Shown: positions 23,965 through 39,136, numbered from the whole stretch's first letter. The stretch: 57,915 nucleotides of DNA, filler included, from Squatina squatina (GCA_031763465.1; 3 parts of 2 records of this genome joined end to end with filler, not necessarily neighbours in it), one strand, 5' to 3'. Notes: generated from the sequence alone by a model not told the origin. Numbers and translations are program-made.

Positions 23965-26900
23965 TTCATTACAAGCTCTTTAAATAACTGTTTGGGGCCT
24001 GAATTGGATGCACAATCGCAATGGTGCAAAGAACATTGATTGGAGAACCGTCTGTTTCAACTTGTCCCGTATTGATGCCAGAAAGTGGTAAACTTTAAAA
24101 CCCTCTGTAGTCCTAGAATTCCAAGATAGTTACCCATTCAAAAACATTCAGACAAGCCACCTTTTGGTTTTTATTTGTGCAAATTCTGCAGGGCTGTAAC
24201 AAAAAGAAACACTTCCCTGTGAAATTTTCCTATACTTGGGGGAAATGCAGTTTTCTTTTGCTTCTTGTAACATTCTTACAAACTTGCAGTTAACTGGCAA
24301 CTCATTCCACTATTGATTGCCACACAAGCATTATATAGATCTCACCAACTTATTCATAAGACAGTGGAATTGGTTGCTTGTTTGGGTCAATGAAATGTTA
24401 CCACCTGTCCAATAAGCTAGTAATTGTCTCATCAAAAAAAAGTCCTCATTATTGCCATACTTTCCATGAGTTACCAGTTTGAAGTAAAGTGCAGCTGCAT
24501 TTTTAATGAACTGGACTCATTTTACTGCCGTGAGAAATTTCACTTGTGAGCCATTGGCTATGGCAAATACTTTGTTATTGGTTTTGAGGATACAGGTTTT
24601 CTGTTGGGTTGGAGGCTAGCTGGTGCTGGGGATTGGTCTCTGTTTTTAAAACCTTTTTCCATATTTGGTTGGCAGGGATTGACAGACAAGTATCTGCAAT
24701 TTTTGCTTAAAGATCTGTTTAGTTCATATATTCAGAGATTTATTTTCCCAACCTTTTTATGTATTGAGACATTGGATTCTCTAACTTGTGCATTCCCAAA
24801 TAAAAACTTTCCCCAGTACCTTGAAATCTTTCTTAAATGACCAAACATGGCTGACATTTTAATGAGATATTTTCAGAGCTTTTTAAGAACTATACATACG
24901 TGGTAACCAAATGATTTGCTTTTAGATTCTGTGAACTTGATCTTATGAGTTAATTTGTTGTCTTGCAGAAGAAACTACCTTGAATAAAAGTCTATTACTA
25001 TGGAATATTGCAACGTGTAATCTATTTTACCAAGGAATTTATCCTTATATTCTACGCTTGAGTCCTCGTTTATGTAACGTGCTTTATTTATCAGAATAAT
25101 GGCGAAACATAGTTCCATATTTGCACAGTATCTTTTGCTTGCTATTTGAACATTTAATCCTGCAGATGTTACAATAAATTCACATACAACTTTCTTTTTA
25201 ACCATTTCTTGGTTAAAGTGTGTGGTTAATATCAAGCCTGAAGATTGATTAGTATTAAAATTGTTGATCTTAAGAAGTTTAAAATATAGATAGCAGCAAC
25301 TCTATCCCCTCCTTTCCCCATTAATTTGCTACTATTACCAACCTCTATTTCAGATGTGAGCAGAGTGGTCAGGCTGCTGAACAATGACTAATAAATAATA
25401 GATCAGTAGCGTTACACATTGGATTTATCACCTTGCTCAAAATGGTGCATTATGGCACCAGATCAACTTTACCCATTGACACAGGCAGGGACCTTGTGAA
25501 ACTTTCCCACNNNNNNNNNNNNNNNNNNNNNNNNNNNNNNNNNNNNNNNNNNNNNNNNNNNNNNNNNNNNNNNNNNNNNNNNNNNNNNNNNNNNNNNNNN
25601 NNNNNNNNNNAAACCTGAAATCTCCAATTAGAGCCCAGCTCTCTACCACAAAATCGACTACACCACAGCGATGGTTTACTTAAGTAATATTAGCAGCCTA
25701 GTGGCCTGCAACAGATGGGTCACTTGAAAAATGAACTTATTTATTTTTATGCTTTGCTTGCTTGAGTTTGGCAGATTGGAGTGATGTTAACACACACTGT
25801 CTCATAGGCAGCTGCCAGTTTGTGCATGGTGCGTAATTATTTGGTGGCGCTATATGGACTTCATTCATAAAACTGACATAATTGGCCTTCAGTTCTCGGT
25901 ACACTGTTTGGTTTGGCTGCAGGAGTCAGTCTTCCAGCAAGCAACAAGTTACTCTGAATTAAACTGGTTATAGAAATGAATGTATTTTCCCAGTAGTCTA
26001 ATTTTGCAATTATGTCTAGTTCCTTCATGGTTTTCATTTAGACTTGAGTTTATTAAGGATATGCCAGAAGCTGAGGCAGTTTAGAATTTAACTATGTTTT
26101 CTCCTTTTTTGGTTTTAACCTGTAAAGCCAGATAAAACTTAACCAGGCAGAATAAGTTGGAATCTGTGTTTATTTTAGTAACATAAATGAAATACTCTGA
26201 AAATATGATAGCCCACATTTAGCGATAAGAATAACAGTGAGGCTATCAGCGCTCATCGCTACTGAGGAATAAATCAGACAGCAACTTCCGGCATCCGCAC
26301 ATGTGCGGAAATCAGTAAGTTGTTGCTTTGCTCCTCCACAAGCTTCTTTACACCAGTACCTCGCTGAGAGACTTGGCATTCACATACATACAATGGCATG
26401 AAATCGGGGTACTTATCCACTAGATACCCATTAAACTCACCACACAAGGTTTGAACTTGTCCATTCAAGTGTCAATGAATTTTTAAGTGTGGTCTTAATT
26501 ACTGTCACTCAACNNNNNNNNNNNNNNNNNNNNNNNNNNNNNNNNNNNNNNNNNNNNNNNNNNNNNNNNNNNNNNNNNNNNNNNNNNNNNNNNNNNNNNN
26601 NNNNNNNNNNNNNATCATGTGCCGTGTACCCAATTTCCTAGGATGCATTAGCACTATTAAGTTAGATGCATTATTGGAATATTTTCCCTTCGCTTCTAGC
26701 ACTTTTCACCCTGTTGCTTTTGAAAAGCCAGGGGTGATTTTCAACATTTTATGGAGGTAAAGTTTATATTGAGTTTTTTTTAAGAGAGGCTGTGTGTGTT
26801 TGTGTGAGTGAGATAGAGAGAATAATGACAACATACCTTCTGTAGCTTTTGTTTTGTATTTGATAAATCTCAGAAAATGTATTAAGTTGAGGAAGAGAGA

Positions 26901-27149
26901 CTGAGATCAGAAAAAAATGAGAAGATAGCAGACAGAGGGTAAAGAATTATGTCCTTTTCATGCTGCTCTTCATTCAATCGTCAAAAAGAAACAACTGTTG
27001 AAGCAAACTAATTATGTGTTTTGTTGATATTAGAAAAGGTAGTTGATAATTGCTTACACTTGTGAGACAGTGTTAGTAACTGTTAACGCCTATGAGTCAG
27101 AGAGAGAGGCAAACAAGTACATTGAACTTTGAAAGCAAGCAAAGTTATT

Positions 27150-27480
27150 TTGAAGGAAACAAATAGGATAGGAGGTGATGGAGGAGGGAGAGAGTTTGAG
27201 AGTGAGGGGACCTCTGGCCACCTGCCTTGGACCAGGGATGGACCAGATGGAGGATTAATGATGAGATGATTTGCAGCAGAGCAAGAGGGAGGGAAGTATA
27301 CATGGGACGGAATGGGAAGTTCAAAGGTGAAGAGTTGGAGTAGTGATGGGAGTGAGGGGTGGTAGGAAGGGGAAGAGTTTGTGGAAAGGTGAAGGTGTAG
27401 GAGACACGAGGGTCGGGGAGAAGCATGGATGATTGGGGAAGTTATTGTAAAGGGAGCTGCTGAGGACTGAAGACTATACT
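27150..27480 (-). mobile_element. Probable L2-clade LINE fragment
   Basis: Strong purine skew on + (pyrimidine-rich P/S/L coding on -), typical of L2 ORF2; no diagnostic motif confirmed. Confidence 0.4.
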
Positions 27481-27642
27481 TAAATGACTTGACTCACTGT
27501 GTACAATGCCATGAGAAATGAACTAGTATTTAGATAAATTTAAGACAACTGTGTGGGATTAAATAGGTATTTATGAATCTGATCATCAATAATATGACTT
27601 GTAAGTAATGTCTGTGACAGATTAGTGTTTCTATTGCTTCAG

Positions 27643-27775
27643 GTACCGTTCTCCAGCTTCCCATGTGCAAGCATGGTATGATGAAGTCAAAGATTACACC
27701 TACCCATATCCACATGAGTGCAATCCTTGGTGCCCTGAAAGATGTTCTGGTGCAATGTGCACCCACTACACACAA
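27643..27775 (+). CDS. CRISPLD2: Cysteine-rich secretory protein LCCL domain-containing 2, CAP-domain exon (133 bp)
   Basis: AG|[45 protein letters not shown]|GTAAG; position downstream of USP10 agrees with human synteny. Not in the ORF track. Confidence 0.92.
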
Positions 27776-28343
27776 GTAAGTCGAATGCCTGAGACCTAGA
27801 TTACATTTCAGAACAAATCCATGCCAAAAACAGATGCTTCATATGTTGGCTGAATGGTTATTCTGAGGAGCAAAATGTTTGTGGGTTCTGGTTGGGAACA
27901 TTTATGGATCAGACCACTTCATAAACATAGAGTCAATTAGTTAGAATCAACTGAGCTTTCATCTTTGTTGCTATGTGCATGCAGTGGAGAAGTGGGCAAG
28001 AAAGATCAAACTTCAGAAGGAGAGGAATGAAATCATATGGGATAAAGAATTATGGCTGAAATAATGATTAATGGGCCAAGTACAAAGAAAAACAATGCAA
28101 ACTGTGGTATAATTTGGAATTGCCTGAATCAAACTGAGGCTGGTGGTATGGGATCATGTTGAAGAGGCAGTCTCGGTTTACTAGTTGCAGTATAACGACA
28201 GCTGTTGTGAAGCATAGATTTTAAAAGTTCCTAGGGAGCCTCATAAACATTATTTTTCAACCATATTAGTGTTGGTGGACATCTGACTGTCCAACTGGCT
28301 CTCTGTTAATGTCAAAGTTTAAACAACTGACAGATATTTGATT

Positions 28344-28400
28344 TATATATATATATATATATACACACACATAATAAATATTTTATATATATATATAATA
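28344..28400. repeat. Compound (TA)n/(CA)n microsatellite
   Basis: Directly visible dinucleotide runs. Confidence 0.8.
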
Positions 28401-28903
28401 TGACACAATTGTTAACTACATTTACTATCAATCAGATAGTTGAGGCAAAGAAAGTGATAAGCAAGAACAAAAAGCACTGCATGGGACAAACATTGTCAGT
28501 TTGGGGAACACGGCACAAAATGGATACAGGCCAGCAGACAGTGCGGAGGAGATACAGAAGTCTGTCCATCTGGCTGTTCTCTCCAAGTTGTAAGAGAAAT
28601 GCATGTATTTGTTGCTGTATCCAGACTGTATTCTAGTTAGCGAGAATTTTTTTTTATAAGGCAGTTACTTTAGCGCCAATATTTTAAATGGATAAACAAC
28701 CTTCATTAGAATGTGAATACCTGAATTGTCACAATATCCTCTTGTAAGATGAAACTTGCCTCGAGCCTTTTGAAGCAATCACTGTGCCGAGGAACATGGG
28801 ATTGGAGTTTACTCATTTAAGAGGAGGTGATTTCTTATAGGGCTGGGTACTAACTCTTCAAATGAATTTTTCTTGGATATCCTGCAGTCTCTCTTTGGCC
28901 AGG

Positions 28904-29003
28904 NNNNNNNNNNNNNNNNNNNNNNNNNNNNNNNNNNNNNNNNNNNNTTAATTAATTAANNNNNNNNNNNNNNNNNNNNNNNNNNNNNNNNNNNNNNNNN
29001 NNN
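28904..29003. other. Artificial scaffold spacer (44N-TTAATTAATTAA-44N)
   Basis: 12-mer at 28948-28959; same construct as 16781-16880. Confidence 0.95.
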
Positions 29004-29015
29004 TTTTCACTCTAG

Positions 29016-29221
29016 AGTTCGATTAGTGATATAATGGGAAAGCTCCAGAATTCAACTCCTCACTTCGTACACTGCATCAAGCCCAACTCGTCTAAGCAAG
29101 AAGACAAGTTTGACAATTTCTATGTATCAGCTCAACTGCAGTACATTGGTGTTTTGGAGATTGTTAAGATGATCCGTTATGGATACCCTGTGCGGCTATC
29201 TTTTAGCGACTTCCTTGCAAG
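29016..29221 (+). CDS. MYO16: Unconventional myosin-XVI, motor-domain exon
   Basis: [69 protein letters not shown], with AG/GT boundaries. Confidence 0.93.
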
Positions 29222-30424
29222 GTAGGTTATTTATTAACTAGCCAAGGATCAGAAGTACTTAACGTTCTGAAGCACAGCCCTGCCTGGAGCTTACAACTTC
29301 CTGCAGTTTCTATTTTCTACTTGCGGTACTGTCAAGGGTTAATTTCTGTTGAGAATTAGCCCTGGGAAGTGCCTTTGTTGTTTTGACTTCAAGGAGAATA
29401 GTTAAGTCTGCATTTACTGTAAATCTGCTTATTATATTTTGTACTGTTCATTTACCTGTTCAATGCTCAGTAAATTTCTCTGTTGATTTCTAAGCTGTTC
29501 TGTAGTCTGAGAAAGCAAGGGCTAGAAATTAGTTACCGCCACGTTGGAAATGCTGCAGCAGCGATTCGTTTCCCCAGCAGTGCCCGCTGTTAATAGCACC
29601 CGGGAGCTCTGAAATTCATTAGCATTTTTGCATTTNNNNNNNNNNNNNNNNNNNNNNNNNNNNNNNNNNNNNNNNNNNNNNNNNNNNNNNNNNNNNNNNN
29701 NNNNNNNNNNNNNNNNNNNNNNNNNNNNNNNNNNNTAAGGAGATAATATTAATTTCATTGAAACTGAAGCAGTGAGATAGAAACGAATTGTAATCTGATC
29801 TCTGGATCAAAGCCAGCACCCCACCTCCCCTTGGCATATCGTCTCATGCCTTGCTTTGCCTAAAAAGCACAGCAACAATATGTTCTGCTGTTGAGCAACT
29901 GCCAGTTCTCTTGTCAGGTTTCATTGGGAGCTGAGTAACAGAGCTAATGTTTGTGACTAAACCCTAGTGTAATACACAGCTACAGAATCACGCTGATGTA
30001 GAATCACAGAGACAAAAGCTCTCTGAGGCATTCTAAGAGCCGAGTCATGTTGGCTTCAATCTGACCTCTGACCTTTCCCTATCAATTTGCCAAATTGAAA
30101 CTGGGTGAGTTTCATGTCTGCTTCTGTGCTTATTGTTCACAATGAACATGTAAAAGCCTTTTGCAGCATAAATTTTTTAAAACAATGATAGCGATCCTGT
30201 ATCTATCTGGAGAAATGAACAAGCGTTGTGTTACTTGCCAGTGAGGTGGGGTAAGACTGGTTGAAGGAATGCTTTATATACCAACACAATGATGCATTGA
30301 CTTTGGTTGCTGTGTCGTACAGTCCTAGATTGCTGTGATTATAATGTTGTTGATTATCACAAAAATTAACTACAGGTATGATACGCCCTCCCCTCTCCCA
30401 CCCCCAGAAAAATGTGGCATGCTT

Positions 30425-30512
30425 TCCTCTCTTTCTTCGGGGCGAGGATGACTTGCTTCCACTCCTGAGTTATGGGTTCTGAGGTGGCTGAAAAGTCCAA
30501 TGTGGGATCTGC
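30425..30512 (-). mobile_element. RTE-like LINE 3' end
   Basis: Minus strand CRSHIGLFSHLRTH, the C-terminal His-rich zinc-finger-like motif of RTE-type ORFs. Confidence 0.6.
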
Positions 30513-30592
30513 AACAGAAAGCTAACATACAAGTGCAGCAGGTAATAGGGAAGGCTATTGGAATGTTGGCCTTTATTTCAAGGGGGTTGGGG
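30513..30592 (+). mobile_element. CR1 LINE ORF2 fragment
   Basis: QKANIQVQQVIGKAIGMLAFISRGL. Confidence 0.75.
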
Positions 30593-30720
30593 NNNNNNNN
30601 NNNNNNNNNNNNNNNNNNNNNNNNNNNNNNNNNNNNNNNNNNNNNNNNNNNNNNNNNNNNNNNNNNNNNNNNNNNNNNNNNNNNNNNNNNNNTCTTAAAA
30701 TCCCTATTGTTTTTATTCAG

Positions 30721-30817
30721 ATGGGCCAGAGTGAAGTGTTTATGAAGCACTGGCAAACAGATCACCTCAATGAGCAATGTCTTCACTTGCAGAAGAAAAT
30801 TATCATCTGTCAGAAAG
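30721..30817 (+). CDS. MYO16: MYO16 exon (converter / start of IQ motif, 97 bp)
   Basis: CAG|[33 protein letters not shown]|GTA; phase-compatible with the next exon. Confidence 0.9.
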
Positions 30818-31171
30818 GTAAAAAACACTAAAATAATGCTATTCAATTTATTTCCTTTCATATTCTCTGTCAACACCATGTTATAATTTCAGGTTTTCAC
30901 AACCAAAGAAAAGGATGCTTTTATTGTATGCTTTTGTATAGATAGATAGATATATTTGTGATTTAACTTTATAATTGTAACATTTCAGAAATTAATGAAC
31001 AGACCAAACCAAATGAACCCAGTATAAGAAGCTGAAACATAATGTGCTATTGAATTTCTCAGGGCTATTAATTGACTATAGTTTTTGTTATCAGTTCACA
31101 AGTCAGTAGCATTGTGCTTTCTTCTGCATTATTGACTGGTACATTTTATTGTGTGAACTGCGGATGCATAA

Positions 31172-31438
<267 letters not shown>

Positions 31439-32258
31439 TAAGTGTGGACTTCTGACATCATGTTCAGTGTGAGAAATGATTGCTGCATTTGCAAGAAGCC
31501 AAGGCTTTTAGACCATATATAAGTATTAAAATGACTTTAAGGAGACGAATAATTAGCTTGACATGTTACATATATGAGTGCTGAAAGCCATTCTAAGGGA
31601 TGAAAGATACTAATTAAATATTGCAGTAAAACTGAACTACCTTCATGCTGAAAGTTTCTGAGCAAGTGGTTTGATTTTTCAAATGCAAGCAAATGTCACT
31701 TGAAGTGTTACAGTTCTGGCTATTAATGTGCTGCACACAAATCCGTTGACCAGGTTCTGTTTAACACACAGGTGCTTTGAAAGTCTGGTTGCCACCAAAT
31801 AATGGTTTGCTCCAGTGAAAGAGTTAACCGTTTTGTATCATCCCACCAGCCTGTTTCAGGCAGACTCGCACCATCTGCAGCAGCCGTGGTATTAGTGGGA
31901 CTGCTTGCTGTTGTTAAAATCCCNNNNNNNNNNNNNNNNNNNNNNNNNNNNNNNNNNNNNNNNNNNNNNNNNNNNNNNNNNNNNNNNNNNNNNNNNNNNN
32001 NNNNNNNNNNNNNNNNNNNNNNNNNNNNNNNNNNNNNNNNNNNNNNNNNNNNNNNNNNNNNTTTTGATTTGCACAGAGCAGAAATGAACAGCAGAAGACA
32101 GCTGGCTTTCTGTGGATTTGTGTTTGACAGGAGCAGTGCTTCCACCCTCACCTCACAGTGGGGGTGTTGGTTGCCTGTTTTTGTGAAAAGCTGGCATTAC
32201 GTTTGCATGAACAGGTTCATTGTTCTAATTCAGCATCTGGACATCATTTTAATTTCAG

Positions 32259-32566
32259 ATCTGGCAACGGGAGTGGAAAGGTCAATGAAGACAGTCTTTC
32301 GGGCTGCCGAACGCTGAAGCATTTTCACTCGAGTTCGGTGTCGGCACCTACCTTTGTCGATGGGTTGGCACATTCTGTGATTGGATCATCCATCAGATCA
32401 CCCTCCCTTCACTCAGTATTCAGTATGGATGATAGCAATGGCCTGCAGTCACCACGGAAACAACCTCCTCCTAAACCAAAGAGGGACCCCAATACGCGGC
32501 TGAGTGCTTCATATGAGGCTGTGACTGCATGTATATCGGCGGCTTCTAAAGAAGCAGCAAATGAAG
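32259..32566 (+). CDS. MYO16: MYO16 exon (start of NYAP-homology tail)
   Basis: ...[37 protein letters not shown]...EAANE; phases match both neighbours. The 5' boundary is less certain. Confidence 0.9.
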
Positions 32567-33503
32567 GTTTGAAGAATGATTGTTCACGTTGAAAAATATG
32601 TAAAATTAGACTAAAATGGACAAATCTTCTTCATGATTAATCTGTCCATTTATGTGACATTTAGTAGCGTCATGGGTGATTTAACTGCCAGGCTATTATA
32701 TATATACTGTCTCAATATATTGCCTTTTTTCCAGTACTTTGCATGATTTTTATTGAAAACAACAATTCCTAGTAATCAGCTACAAATNNNNNNNNNNNNN
32801 NNNNNNNNNNNNNNNNNNNNNNNNNNNNNNNNNNNNNNNNNNNNNNNNNNNNNNNNNNNNNNNNNNNNNNNNNNNNNNNNNNNNNNNAGGTCCAATACCT
32901 CAACCCGTCACACGCTCTCGCCATAAGTATCAGTGCTGGCTTCCATCCAGCTGCCTTCCCTGCATCTAGCTCAGCCTGTCACACAACTCTCCTGTTCTTC
33001 TCTTCCAAATTGCCATGGGAAATCCTTCAAGCTGGACTCTCAACCTAAAATGACTTGCGATCGATTCACCAATGGTGCTTGCAACAGTGAAGGTTAATCT
33101 TTAATTCTTGGAGACTCCATGACAATCCACCAAGAGGATTGCCAACCCTAGTCAGGGAGGAGAAAATAGGCCAGCGTTCCTGAACCTGATTGTATATAGA
33201 AGCTCCCGCTGAAAAGATGTGNNNNNNNNNNCCTCACCCACCCCGCTGCCCACCACTTCCCTCCCACCCCCTCCCCCACCCCCGTGATGTAGAGTGCCGT
33301 GATAACTGCCTAAGACTCCACCAAGGAATAATGTTCAACAAGATACAGTGTCGCAGAGATACTAGTACCTTTGGAACTGTACTTCAGCAAAAAGAGGCTG
33401 AGGAGAGGGGATAATAAGCAATTTTTTAAGCGATCCAGAGAAATGAAATGTTTTTTGTACTTATTGCACTTACAAACATTTTAAGCAGGATCGTAGGAAG
33501 TGA

Positions 33504-34723
<1,220 letters not shown>

Positions 34724-35263
34724 NNNNNNNNNNNNNNNNNNNNNNNNNNNNNNNNNNNNNNNNNNNNNNNNNNNNNNNNNNNNNNNNNNNNNNNNNNNNN
34801 NNNNNNNNNNNNNNNNNNNNNNNCACATAGTTATAAGTTTTAAATCTAGTTAAAATACAAAAGAAGACAATGTAGTGACGAACCCTCCTGTTGTGTTTTT
34901 ACTGCTTTACCTAAAAGGCTTAACTTCTGCTCATCAGGGAGTGGGCAAAATAGGGGCACGGGGGTGGGGAATCAGGAAGGGAAAATGTAATTAGAGTGGG
35001 AGCAAAGTTCGTGTGGAGAATAATCGCCAGCATAGACGAGGCGACTGGCCTATTTCTGTACTATAGATTCTATGCAACTCCATATCTACAATTTATCTGT
35101 TAGTACCTACCATATTTTCTCGACACATGTATAATTTGCAAGTACACATGAGTTGGCATTTTAATGTTTTCTGATTTTTCAGAACCGAAGTGCTTGTAAG
35201 ATGGAGATATTTAAGGAAAATATGCATTCAGTCGCTTTACTGTTACTTATTTTTCTTTATTAG

Positions 35264-35428
35264 GCACAAGTAATGAAGGGAGCCTGAGTCTGTCTAACAG
35301 AGAAGAGAATTGTGGAACAAGAAATATATCAGAGACACAGGATAGAAATGCTAATAACCCTGTGACCAGCCTGTCTCCAGTGGTAACTGCAGCTCCAACA
35401 GTGGAGAATGGGAATCAAGTGTTGAATG
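35264..35428 (+). CDS. MYO16: MYO16 penultimate-region exon (165 bp)
   Basis: TAG|TSNEGSLSLSNREENCGTRNISETQDRNANNPVTSLSPVVTAAPTVENGNQVLN-G|GTAAT; SETQDRNANN and ENGN recalled from mammalian MYO16. Not in the ORF track. Confidence 0.85.
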
Positions 35429-37084
35429 GTAATTTGTATTTCGCTTATCAGTGAGCTGTTACAGCTGTGCATGCAGTGAATATTTGCAAATGAAACCATT
35501 GTCCAGAAAAAACATGTTCTGGCTGTCTATCCTCGAGATCCGATGATCTCCACAAGCATTAAACATGTCAAATCCTGGAGGACCTGCAAGCAGCAGCACT
35601 CGTCTCTAACACAGTACACTCGAGCAGGAACTCAGGACTCTCATGAATTCCTGGATGGTTGGAATTCCTCCAAATGACAAATGGAAAATCGCAGATGATC
35701 AGTGCCATGCTGTAAGATTTACTGGCACGTACTGTTTAAGGTTATTAGGAAACCTGTTTTTTTTTCAAAGGTTACAAGTTTTCAAGAATGAAAATCTGAA
35801 TTACTCGGAATTGTAAAGCTGAAGGCTATCATATTCCCTTTCTATGGGCCTTTTATAAACCTTAATTAACTGTATTATATAACACAAAACTTGTTTACAG
35901 TATAATGTATTCATCTTTATAGATAGGAGGATGTAGGTTCTGTCTAGTTTATTGGCTTCCACTAATTGATTCACTCAGTGCTCTTCATTTAAAAATTTCC
36001 ATTTAAAATGTTGGATTCTGTACTGGATTTGATAATTGGGTCGGCCTGTAGTCAGTTTACTTTTGATTGACATAGGTGATCTACAAAATAATATGAAAGC
36101 AAGGGAGCTTAAACTTCAATGGGGAAAGTAACTTATGNNNNNNNNNNNNNNNNNNNNNNNNNNNNNNNNNNNNNNNNNNNNNNNNNNNNNNNNNNNNNNN
36201 NNNNNNNNNNNNNNNNNNNNNNNNNNNNNNNNNNNNNCCTGGGCATTGCTGGGCTACAGAACCTTGAGCAGAAGGATATAGTGGTTTGGGTACAAATTGT
36301 CTTATGACGCAACTAAATCAGACTTCAGAATCTTTCCATCAGTTCAAAGTTTAGCTTTACGTAATAACAAGGAAAAAGCAAAGGCAGATTAAAAAAAACA
36401 GTTTAAGACAGTATTAGGGTTAATATATTACAGTAAGAGAACTATGCCTGATTAGTTTGCTAACTTTATTACTGAAGTGTGAATGTTTGTTTCAGCACCA
36501 TACTACATGAATGTAAGGGCAGCTGGAGTTTTCTTAACCCTCTAAGATTAGAAGTTATCGAAGATTAACACAATGAGTCGTTGACCATTTGACTGAATGT
36601 GAGGTTATCCAGTAAGCTGCTGAGTCATATTGACCAGTAAGGTTCCAAGTTCAATCTCCGATTTGTGCTAAACTAGGCAATTTCAGTGATCGGAGCACTG
36701 AATCTCAGAGCCCCGTGTTAGGTAGAGAAAACATTGGCTGGGTTCCTGCATCTGATCACTATTCAATGAACCCCTGCAGGAATTATGGATGCCAAAAAGA
36801 AAAGTACAGACAAAGGAGGCCATCAAACTACCTAGTTCATTCTTCATGCATTCCTCTTCCGCCACAGCATCTATCTGCTTCTTGAATGATTCCAAGTTTT
36901 GCGTCCACTTCTGTGTNNNNNNNNNNNNNNNNNNNNNNNNNNNNNNNNNNNNNNNNNNNNNNNNNNNNNNNNNNNNNNNNNNNNNNNNNNNNNNNNNNNN
37001 NNNNNNNNNNNNNNNNCAGCAGCTTGCTGCATCACAGGAGGATTGAAAAGGTGTGGAGGGAGGGGAGGGCGGGGTAGAAATGAG

Positions 37085-37562
37085 TGAGTCAAGCATCCCG
37101 TCACACCATATTGCTGCCTTACGCGCCAGCTCAGAGACGCCCACCTCGCGTTTAGTAGAGGGTAAGGACCAACGTTGGCCGACGCTGAAGTCGGCTGATG
37201 AAAAAGCATGGCAGCTGGTGGCAATATCACCGCACCTTTAAGCGGCATTGGCAATGAAAGTTAAAACCTGTTGTTCCCAATGACACAGGCCTTGTGAGTG
37301 AGCTGCTTACCAACTCCTGTCGCAGCTCGCCGGCGACGCAAAAGAGGGTCACAGGGTGACGTTGTGTGGTCACCGCTTGATTTGATGACGTCGCGCGCCT
37401 TAACCCAATGCTAATGGCATCCCCGGCGTAAAGGCCTTTGCACCGCCAGGTCACCATGCCCAATTGCAAAAACTACCAAAATTTACCAAGTGGTGCTCTA
37501 GTGCCCGGGTAGCGCCACTGTTTGGTGCTACCACGGGTCTAAAGCAAACAAATTGGGCCCCC
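37085..37562. mobile_element. GC-rich Harbinger-type MITE remnant
   Basis: CpG-rich island ending AAATTGGGCCCCC. Confidence 0.5.
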
Positions 37563-39136
37563 TTGTAGTCGTAAAAATATTGGACACAGGAAAAATAGTT
37601 GTTTCATTGACAGTCATGATGATCCAATCCTATAAGGAAGAGACTGGTTGAAAAGTAGTGCTCCGCGAGGATGGACGTTTTCGGCAAACAATGGCGGGAG
37701 TGTGGGGACGGGGTGGTTAGAGGCAGGAAGCCATGTGATGAAACTTCTCAGAATACATTCATCCAGAGTTAACAACCCTAAGCCCACCTCCCAGCTGAAG
37801 TGGAAATAAATGCACTGGAGGAGGGAGCCTTACTCTTCGTACATTTGGGGTTGGGGCAGGCACTAACTCTGATTTTGCATTACAAAACTTAAATGTTGGT
37901 ACGAAGCATTACCACTTCACACTGAAATAAAAATGGAAACAGAAATCGGGAGAGATGTTAAATGGATGGCCGACTTGTTATCACCCGTCCTGTACTATCA
38001 CACAAAATCAAGAACTGTAAGTACTATTTCACTGATAATTTGAAATATCCTTCCTTCACATGACTAACTTTCAGATTTCAATGTGAATTCATAATTCAAT
38101 TTATGTTTCTATCTTCTCCTCAATACTTAGTAAATCTAGATAAGCTTTGTTCTGTACAAGCACTTCTTTGGGCTAGTCATTGTTAACACATTTTACAATG
38201 AGAGCAAGACTCAGTCAAACAATGTTGCTTTGTTCTGTTTTTACACACATTTATTTTTTGTATAATTTAAAACCCAAAGGAAATATGGCCTCTGGACCTT
38301 TGTCTGCACCAATAAATCTCTGTAGACAGTTAGTTATGCTTTTTAACAGCTCATTCATATATCACTGCTGCAATTTAACACATTGATGAATATGAATCTG
38401 TTCCTGCCTTGCATTTGTCTTGTCAGCTAAGGGGATGGCTAATACGCTAAAAAGGTGGTCATGTGAAAACAAGAGACTAGAGCTCAGACCAATAGTAGCT
38501 TACTTGTTTGTGCTACGATCAGTTAATTTACACATGACCAACACAGCCACCCCCTTGAACTGGTCAGTCCCAGTAGGATGCTAATAGTGGAGTTGAGTTT
38601 AAATTTGGATGCATGCAAACTCATTAATCATAGTTGACTTCTGTATATCTCTTGTGCTTGTAACTAACCAGGGAGTGTAACCCAGCAGAATGAAAGTTAA
38701 GTATTAACTTGATGAATGTGATGCCTTTCCCACATATGGTTTTGAATAGCACCCCATCAAAGCAAGGTGTTTTAATCGATGGTACATTCCAGTGAGGAAT
38801 AATTCAATTTCATTCTATAGATTTTAACAGAAGCAAGGAAAATGTTTTCTTTCAGTTGAAATAAAGTAGTGCGGATAACAGCTTAATTGATGTTTTTTAT
38901 GCAGCCGATCTTTTGCTGGTTATATTACTGGTCGCATGCCAATCACCCTATTTTGTAAGTATTTAAGCTGTTTTAAGTGCTCAGATATATTATTCACTTG
39001 CTACTGCACTAGCAAAGACCTAACTACAGTGGGCCTATTGGCCTGCTTCTGTGCTTTAGAGCCAACTTCTATGGCTCTTCATTAATAAAAAGCAAAATAG
39101 AACAGCTGGTGTACAAAGGATAGGTGCAGACACTAA

